DNA of 64,000 nt from Giardia intestinalis. Lineage: Eukaryota. This document shows positions 57,660 to 64,000 of this stretch, one piece after another; position 1 is the first letter of the stretch; every line of letters starts with the position of its first letter. The translations under genes and the position numbers were made by a program. The notes beneath the pieces were generated by a model. It had not been told where the DNA came from, searched no databases, and saw only the letters and a program-made list of their open reading frames with translations. The DNA lies in the NCBI GenBank assembly GCA_000002435.2, contig CM018790.1. One strand, 5' to 3'.

Positions 57660-59066
57660 TCAATGAAGTGTGGTGGTGTTCTCAGTGACAGATTCGTCAA
57701 TTACGTCGGTGGCGTCTGTGAGGTCTGTTCCATGGGTGTCCATCGCATGGTGACGCCGATTCATTCTGCTCATCTTGCTGTTATAATTGTATACGCTATC
57801 GTTGGCAAAAGTCTGCATGTTAGTACTTTCCTTCTGGAACACCACGTCGTTTCGTGTGCAGCTGCCGAGCATGCTCTCCACAGTTCCGCTCTGGCTTACA
57901 TATTCATCAACAGTAAGCTCGAGTAGCTCCTCAACGCTCTTACTGAGAAACCCGGAGATCAGCCGCCGTTTTCTCTGCATCTCTTCCAAAGTATCGCTAT
58001 TATACAGTGAAAATGTATGTGCTTCTATGGAGGAAAGAGTGTCGTTAAGGGTTTGCTCATCTCTCAGCCTCCTGAGAGCTTGTTGTTTGCAGTACAGTAT
58101 CCAGGCTCCCCGGGGAATATTCGACTCTAATACCTTCGTAGGGAAGAGAGCGGGGTCATAGGGGTCTCCAGACGCTTCCATGGGAGCATGCTCTGTGTTA
58201 CCGCCAAGCATGTCCATTTGCAGATCTTGAAGATAATCGTTAACCAGCTTAAACTCCACCATTTTGATCCCTTTGGAGAGTTGGGTCTGCAGCCGTGTGT
58301 TGCGCTCTTTTGTGCTGATAACCGCATTAACGGTTTCATACTCATCGTCATCCAGATATTCAATGGGCTGTTTGCTGTCTTGCTGGGAGATCTGATCGTC
58401 TGTCTGTAGCTGCACGGCAGGTTGGATCATCGTTAGGCTTGGTGATACCACAGGGGTATACGTCGCCACAGGCTCTGCTTGAAGCGTCACAGCCACAAAC
58501 TTTCCGCTTAATTGCCACTTGTTCTCGTGGGAGTTGAGAAGATCAATTGCATAGGTGTCTTGTGTGGCATTAGCGATGTCTCGAGCCTGAGTCAGTTCGT
58601 CGAGTGAGATATATAGTAAGTTATTCTCTTGGAGAAAGAAGCGCACCATATCATAGCACTTGAGGAAGATTGCTAGAGCAAGTGGTCTGAGCCCTCGGTA
58701 GGTATCGGTGAAGAGATGGGGCAAGAGAAGTTTCACGCATTCGGGCTTGTTAAACTCTATAGCGTAGTAGAGGGCACTCTTCTGGTCTCCCGTTTTTATC
58801 AGGTACTCATAAGGTAAAAGAAGCTCCACGACTTCTGGGTGGCCAGCGCTTGCGGCGTACATCAGGGCAGTCTGGTACTGCATATCGTGCATCCCGTGCT
58901 CTTTATTCAAGAGTATCTTCACGACAGAAATGCGATTGTGAGAAGATGCGAGCATGAGCGCTGTTCGACCATAGCAGTCAGATGTGCTCACATATGTAGA
59001 AGAAAGGGTCTGGATAGTTTTGGCGTCCCCCTTAATGGCGGCTTCGAACCATTGAGAGGTTAGCAT
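57660..59066 (-). CDS. ankyrin-repeat protein (protein 21.1-like)
   Basis: Repeats GRTALMLASSHNRISVVKILL, YQTALMYAASAGHPEVVELLL, QKSALYYAIEFNKPECVKLLL. I take the ATG at 59066 (tacaaaaaaATGcta). The track's upstream extension to 59249 lacks that context. Confidence 0.7.
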   Translation of the reverse strand: MLTSQWFEAAIKGDAKTIQTLSSTYVSTSDCYGRTALMLASSHNRISVVKILLNKEHGMHDMQYQTALMYAASAGHPEVVELLLPYEYLIKTGDQKSALYYAIEFNKPECVKLLLPHLFTDTYRGLRPLALAIFLKCYDMVRFFLQENNLLYISLDELTQARDIANATQDTYAIDLLNSHENKWQLSGKFVAVTLQAEPVATYTPVVSPSLTMIQPAVQLQTDDQISQQDSKQPIEYLDDDEYETVNAVISTKERNTRLQTQLSKGIKMVEFKLVNDYLQDLQMDMLGGNTEHAPMEASGDPYDPALFPTKVLESNIPRGAWILYCKQQALRRLRDEQTLNDTLSSIEAHTFSLYNSDTLEEMQRKRRLISGFLSKSVEELLELTVDEYVSQSGTVESMLGSCTRNDVVFQKESTNMQTFANDSVYNYNSKMSRMNRRHHAMDTHGTDLTDATDVIDESVTENTTTLH

Positions 59067-59671
59067 TTTTTTGTAGTTTGATGTTTTGCAGGATTTATTT
59101 ACGACCACGATTTGTGCTACAGATCCACTGCAATGCACATAGGCTCGCATGCTCCTCTGCTTGATCTCCCCATGCAGTTTTATATAAGCAACGTTGCACT
59201 GTGTGACTCCAAAAACAAAGTTTGTGATGCATCCATCTACAGAGTGCACGATATTAGGAGGTTGGTGTGATATTCCAGTTAAGAACTTAGAACGGAGGAT
59301 TCTCAGAGCCCTTAAGCACTATCTAAAAGAACACAAACAACCGGGGGTAAAGAAGGTTTTTGCGTGCAGCTCAAAGTGTGTTTGCGGACAACTGATACGC
59401 GTACTTTATGCATCATCCAATGGGACCTGCCATCAGGCTGTCATTCACGATGATATTGATCGGCTTTATGTAAGATCTATTGAGGAGCATAGTCCTGCAT
59501 GAATTATCCTGCAGACACACTGATTGGGTGGAGCCCTCCACAAGCGTTTCCTATAGCCTCCTTCTTTGCTGTATACCCACTTCTGCTGCCATGCCAGCAG
59601 AAGCCCTAGTAAACTCTGGTAAACATAGCTTATAAAATTCTCACTGTCCGCTGATCTAGAAAGCCCTTATA

Positions 59672-62600
59672 ATGTACATACAGGAGATAATCCTCGATGG
59701 ATTCAAGTCCTATGCCACCCAAACGCGCATCGGACCCTTTGATCCATCGTTTACTGCGATAACCGGGCTGAATGGAACGGGGAAGTCCAATGTCCTGGAC
59801 GCTATTTGCTTTGTTCTAGGCATTTCATCCTTGTCGAGAATACGAGTCACTAGCCTTACGGAGCTTATTTACAAGCAGGGACAGGCGGGGATTACAAAGG
59901 CAAGTGCCACCCTCGTCCTAAACAACGAGGATCCAGCACAATCTCCGCCTGGATACGAGTCATATCCAGTCCTGGAAATATCACGACAGATCTTCAAGAA
60001 CGGTACCACAAAGTACTTGCTTAACGGAACGGTCTCTAAGCTGAGGGTAATCAAGCATCTATTTAGGTCTGCAGGACTCAACGTCGACAATCCAACCTTC
60101 CTAGTCTTGCAGGGAAGAATTACTACAATTCTTTCGATGAAGCCCATGGAGCTGCTGGGGCTCATTGAGGAGTGCGCAGGAACTACCATATATGACAATA
60201 ACAGAAGCGAAGCAGTCAAGATTTTCTCCGCAAAGGAGTCTAAGTTGCAAGAGGTTTCAGACACGCTATCTTTAGATATCTTTCCACGACTACAAAAGTT
60301 AGATTCGGAGAGGCAAGCAGCTGTGGAGCTGGGAAGGTTAGAAAGCGCCATGAAGACCATGGGACTTCTTGCAGACGCACATAAACTGCATGCTATGGCT
60401 GTCCAGTTTTTATCCATTTGCCAAGCAAAGCGGGCACAGCAGGCACATATTCAAGAAATTGTTCAAGAGAGCAAGATGATTGAGGAGCACACACGGGAGC
60501 TCGTGGAAGCTATACGAGCTCTTGACATCGAGGCACAGGGATTTGAGGCAAACACACAACTTGAAAGGCTGACTTCAGAATATAGCGGCGCAAAATCTGA
60601 AATGGAAGTGCTTGCAGAGCGTGTACGCGCCATGCAATCGCAGAAAGTTACGCTGCGGAAGGTCATCTGTGACACTGAAGGCTCATATAAAGCAATCAAA
60701 GAGAAAATCTCCAGATTTCAGCAAGATCTTAAAAAGGTGGACAATGACCCCAAGGTGCGGTGCCTTGCCGAAAAACTCGACCAAATCTTGACAGAGCAAA
60801 AGCTTACTGAGGCGCGGCTCATGCTAACCACTAGCGGCAGCCTCTTGAAAGCTAATGTCAAGAAGGATTTCTTGAGAATATCTGTCCCCCTCACTATAGA
60901 TGACGGTCTCGCTTCACCAGGTCCTGCCCTAGTGGAGTTCCAGAGTGGCATCCGGTCGCTCCTTTCTTCTTGTCCTCATCCAAGCAATTCTATGGATATT
61001 TATAGCACTCTTTGGGCAAAGATGCCACAGATTCTTCACAGCGAGGGTCATGTCATGCTGGAGCGCTTTATTGGAGACTCTGCCGATTGGGTGTTTTCCC
61101 TACGAGGAGCAGATGCACTCACTCCATCAGAAATCCTTTCTAACCTTTCGCTTCTCTTCTCCAAGATATCTGTGGACATAGAGTCTCCGTTGGGTGCTTT
61201 TGTTTCTACGCACGCAAAGATTGCATTTTCATCTACAAATGGCTTGAAGGTAGCGGCCGAAACAGACGAGGCCAATGCAGGGACGTTGGGACAAAAGATT
61301 CAGGGGCTCTTCGGGCATCTAGGAAAATTATTGGCGCAAATTACGGAGCTTTCTGCTCTCTTTGTCTCCATTGGGCACCCCGAAGCTGCGCAACATGGAC
61401 CAGCGGTCCTGCAGCCCAAGCAAACTGAACTATACACCCTAATAGTCAATCCGAAGACAGGCTTCATGGATACAGACCAGTTTCAGGCCATGGACACTCT
61501 GAAGGATGAATTAACTAAACTGTTGCAGATGGACCACCAAGCTCTATTCTCAGAGATGAACAATACTGCTGGTGTCCTGTTTGGCATGCTTTGTGCCCAC
61601 ATACTACAGGGTCACGATATGAGTATGAAGGCGCTTAACCTGTCTTCTCTTCGGTACATAGACATGTTGGAGGGGTCAATTCGGCCCTTGCGGCTACTAG
61701 CAATCAAGTTTTTTGACACTCTTGCCCAGCGAGTAACAGCATTTGCATCACGTGTGGATACAGCACTTATGGATGTGTCTCCTAATGCATGCCTCGCCAC
61801 GGTATTGAAAGCATGTTCAGCCAATGCCTCCTTTTCTGCTGTTGCATATATGATTGCATCTCTTCCTTTGGATACCAGACTAGCATATGACCTCATAGGT
61901 CCGACCTTGGGATTCTTTACCATAAACACAAAGCGAATAGAAGAGTATTGCCAGGAGACCTGTGGATTCGTTGATGAGCGCCGCTATTGTCAGGTCATAC
62001 GCATCTTAGAAATGGTCGCTTTGCCAAAGTTATTTCATGTCGTCTTTACTTCAGCGGAGAAGGCCATGAAGTTCATAAGAAGTAAGGCCGTCTGCACAGA
62101 ACGAATCACCGCCGTTCCTCTTGATAAGATTAGCAGGAAAGGAATACGAAACTGCCGCGATGTGCAGGACGCTCTTGTTAAAGAGAGGGCGTTCTTCCTT
62201 ACTGATTTCGTTAGCAGCATTAACTCCACGGTCTCTGATTATGTCTTTGGAAAAGCTGTACTATGTGAGAGTACAGCCTCAGCACGTCGGATCGCATATT
62301 CCTCATCCCTCGGGTTCAAGTGCATAACACTTGACGGAGATGTCGTGAGTCCAAGCGGAAATGTCTCCGGAGGAAGCCGGAGTTTCAATTTATCCAGTCC
62401 AGCCAGTGTATTTAGTGCTGCGGATACATACCGGCGGAACGGGGGTGCTCAGGTCCTCCTGACCCCGGTGAAGGGAACAGAAGCGGAATTCGTTGACAAT
62501 ACTGCTAGCAGCCTTTACTATGAATTCGTCAAGATGGAGGCGCCGACTTCCAGCCAAGCAAGAAACATACATGTTGCAGTGAGCAAGGTTGTTGATGCTG

Positions 62601-64000
62601 CCAAGTTGTCTCTGTACGCTGCTCACAAGTGCGAAGATGAAATATTATCGCTCATAGCTGCATACAATCTTCAGCACTTTCAAGCAAGACTACCATTGTC
62701 TGTATCCAATGTGTTTTCGGAAGAGAGAGTGACGCACATCTCCATTCCGTGCCAGCTCGCTGCTCTGCTGGAACTTCAAGAGGACCACAAGAAGTGTGAT
62801 GCATCTATACTGAAAATAGCCGAATCCACAGGAAAGGTTATCTTATTAGATAGGCTAATGGCTGAAATGAAAACGCTGGTATCTGATATGAACGAGACTG
62901 AAAATCCAGCCAGTCTAAAGGATAAGTTGAAGTCTTGCACCAAGCAAGCTGCTCTGTTGGAGGCTCAGCTATCGGAACTCACAGACCAGCATAACAAGAA
63001 GGCTCTTGAAGAAGGCCTCGTAATCAGCGAGGAGGAAGAGCGGTCCCTCCAGGTGATAATAATAGAGAACACAAAAGAACTAAAGGATATAGAAGATGCG
63101 CTAAGTGCCGCAACCAAGAGCTTAGATAAACACACTGAGCGAGTGGAGGCAGCACATATGCGATTTAAAGAACAGAGCAAGCACTTGGAGGGCCTTATAG
63201 ACGACAAGCTAAGCAAGGAAGCTGAGTACAAGACGTTGCAGGGTCGCTTGAAGGAGATTGACAAACAGATTAGCACAGAAACAGAGACACTCGATGCGCT
63301 AAAGGAAACCTCTCTAAGGATGTGCCGAGAACACGAGTCCTTAATTAGTAGACTAGATGCCGCTCTCGGCTCTATCTGTACTTTATTGTCCACTGGAACA
63401 AACTACTTGCAGTGCATCACAGAGCTCCAGAACTACGGCACTGTGCAGATAGATATGTCAGAGGGACCAAGACACGCAACAAGCAAAGGCCACAAGGGAC
63501 ACAAAGGTCAAAAGAGGGGAGAGGGTGACGGAGATCTTGCTTTTTTGCAGCCAAAACTACTCCAGGCCTTAAATGAGTTGCAAAGTGGCCACGATTCTGC
63601 GCAATCTAGAGCAAGGTATGATGAATTAACAAACTTAATAGCGAACTGTGCGATTATTATGGAGACTGTGGCCGCAAGAATGCAATCTCTGAACAACCAA
63701 GATAACGGTAGCGATCCTGTGCAGTTCCTCTTGGCTAATCCTGACGCCTTCGAGGAGCTACAAGCAAAGCTGAAGACTGTGCACTCTAAACTCGTACTCA
63801 GCGCAGGGGTGTCGGCAGGGGCACAGGGCACCTATGAGGAGCTGCGGAGTAATGCTATGGAGCTCCAGAGATTAAGAGACAAAATTCTGAACGACAAGGA
63901 GAAGATCCTGGCGTTCATCTCTCAAATAGATGACAAGAAGATGGATGCCCTAAGAGCATCATATGAGAGGATCAATAGCGATCTCAACAAGGTCTTTGCT
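59672..64000 (+). CDS. SMC2: SMC2 (condensin structural maintenance of chromosomes protein 2), 5' partial (runs off window end)
   Basis: MYIQEIILDGFKSYATQTRIGPFDPSFTAITGLNGTGKSNVLDAICFVLGISSL...LVLQGRITTILSMKP is a near-canonical SMC2 N-terminal head, followed by long coiled coil. The frame stays open over 1443 codons to position 64000. The minus-strand ORFs over this span are antisense artefacts. Confidence 0.85.
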   Translation, partial: MYIQEIILDGFKSYATQTRIGPFDPSFTAITGLNGTGKSNVLDAICFVLGISSLSRIRVTSLTELIYKQGQAGITKASATLVLNNEDPAQSPPGYESYPVLEISRQIFKNGTTKYLLNGTVSKLRVIKHLFRSAGLNVDNPTFLVLQGRITTILSMKPMELLGLIEECAGTTIYDNNRSEAVKIFSAKESKLQEVSDTLSLDIFPRLQKLDSERQAAVELGRLESAMKTMGLLADAHKLHAMAVQFLSICQAKRAQQAHIQEIVQESKMIEEHTRELVEAIRALDIEAQGFEANTQLERLTSEYSGAKSEMEVLAERVRAMQSQKVTLRKVICDTEGSYKAIKEKISRFQQDLKKVDNDPKVRCLAEKLDQILTEQKLTEARLMLTTSGSLLKANVKKDFLRISVPLTIDDGLASPGPALVEFQSGIRSLLSSCPHPSNSMDIYSTLWAKMPQILHSEGHVMLERFIGDSADWVFSLRGADALTPSEILSNLSLLFSKISVDIESPLGAFVSTHAKIAFSSTNGLKVAAETDEANAGTLGQKIQGLFGHLGKLLAQITELSALFVSIGHPEAAQHGPAVLQPKQTELYTLIVNPKTGFMDTDQFQAMDTLKDELTKLLQMDHQALFSEMNNTAGVLFGMLCAHILQGHDMSMKALNLSSLRYIDMLEGSIRPLRLLAIKFFDTLAQRVTAFASRVDTALMDVSPNACLATVLKACSANASFSAVAYMIASLPLDTRLAYDLIGPTLGFFTINTKRIEEYCQETCGFVDERRYCQVIRILEMVALPKLFHVVFTSAEKAMKFIRSKAVCTERITAVPLDKISRKGIRNCRDVQDALVKERAFFLTDFVSSINSTVSDYVFGKAVLCESTASARRIAYSSSLGFKCITLDGDVVSPSGNVSGGSRSFNLSSPASVFSAADTYRRNGGAQVLLTPVKGTEAEFVDNTASSLYYEFVKMEAPTSSQARNIHVAVSKVVDAAKLSLYAAHKCEDEILSLIAAYNLQHFQARLPLSVSNVFSEERVTHISIPCQLAALLELQEDHKKCDASILKIAESTGKVILLDRLMAEMKTLVSDMNETENPASLKDKLKSCTKQAALLEAQLSELTDQHNKKALEEGLVISEEEERSLQVIIIENTKELKDIEDALSAATKSLDKHTERVEAAHMRFKEQSKHLEGLIDDKLSKEAEYKTLQGRLKEIDKQISTETETLDALKETSLRMCREHESLISRLDAALGSICTLLSTGTNYLQCITELQNYGTVQIDMSEGPRHATSKGHKGHKGQKRGEGDGDLAFLQPKLLQALNELQSGHDSAQSRARYDELTNLIANCAIIMETVAARMQSLNNQDNGSDPVQFLLANPDAFEELQAKLKTVHSKLVLSAGVSAGAQGTYEELRSNAMELQRLRDKILNDKEKILAFISQIDDKKMDALRASYERINSDLNKVFA

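Noticed and set aside
59869-63831. Several minus-strand ORFs of 75-182 aa (59869..60417, 62965..63393, 63508..63831 etc.)
   Set aside because: All are antisense shadows of the long SMC2 coding region on the plus strand, which runs off the window and is therefore missing from the ORF track. They are Ser/Leu-rich low-complexity translations.
1-64000. CRISPR arrays, transposons/IS elements, prophage or operon structures
   Set aside because: The sequence is eukaryotic (Giardia). No direct-repeat/spacer arrays, no transposase-like or reverse-transcriptase-like ORFs were seen. The only repeats are the two inverted segmental duplications and the 27-nt coding tandem repeat.

Overview
This window is a gene-dense, almost intron-free eukaryotic chromosomal segment with the hallmarks of Giardia intestinalis (lamblia/duodenalis). 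It carries two identical variant-specific surface protein (VSP) genes with CXXC/GGCY motifs, a transmembrane helix and the invariant C-terminal CRGKA tail. It has a high-cysteine membrane protein, several ankyrin-repeat (protein 21.1-like) genes, and NEK/NEK-like kinases that include pseudokinase forms. Initiator contexts are A-rich (AAAATG), intergenic spacers are very short, and AGTRAAY polyadenylation signals sit at or just after stop codons. About 38 protein-coding genes can be supported. Housekeeping genes include RPL15, RPS3, eIF6, a RanBP1 homolog, TRAPP Bet3, a VPS29-like retromer subunit, a katanin-like AAA ATPase and the 5' part of SMC2. Signalling genes include a STE20-like kinase, an active NEK kinase, pseudokinase-ankyrin and pseudokinase-RING proteins, a classical-type PTP and an SH3-RhoGAP protein. 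There are also several large hypothetical proteins (2423, 1539, 910 and 846 aa) and one tRNA-Ala(CGC). The outstanding structural signals are two long inverted repeats that look perfect by my eye. IR1 has ~1.65 kb arms; each arm carries an identical 200-aa VSP gene in head-to-head orientation plus ~850 bp of non-coding DNA. The ~1.4 kb unique spacer encodes an active NEK kinase, and the tRNA-Ala lies ~100 bp outside the right arm. IR2 has ~986 bp arms that duplicate the last 247 codons plus the 3' flank of the 2423-aa gene. The IR2 arms bracket an 8.6 kb segment holding the rest of that gene and a PTP gene. Both are candidate recombination/inversion (flip-flop) modules. Assembly duplication is the main alternative and cannot be excluded from sequence alone. 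Secondary oddities are a VPS29-like protein with a C-terminal extension containing a perfect 27-nt x4.3 tandem repeat and NPYL motifs, overlapping divergent and convergent gene ends, and a possible frameshifted gene. No CRISPR or prokaryotic features are present. All functional calls rest on motif recognition by eye and need homology searches to confirm.
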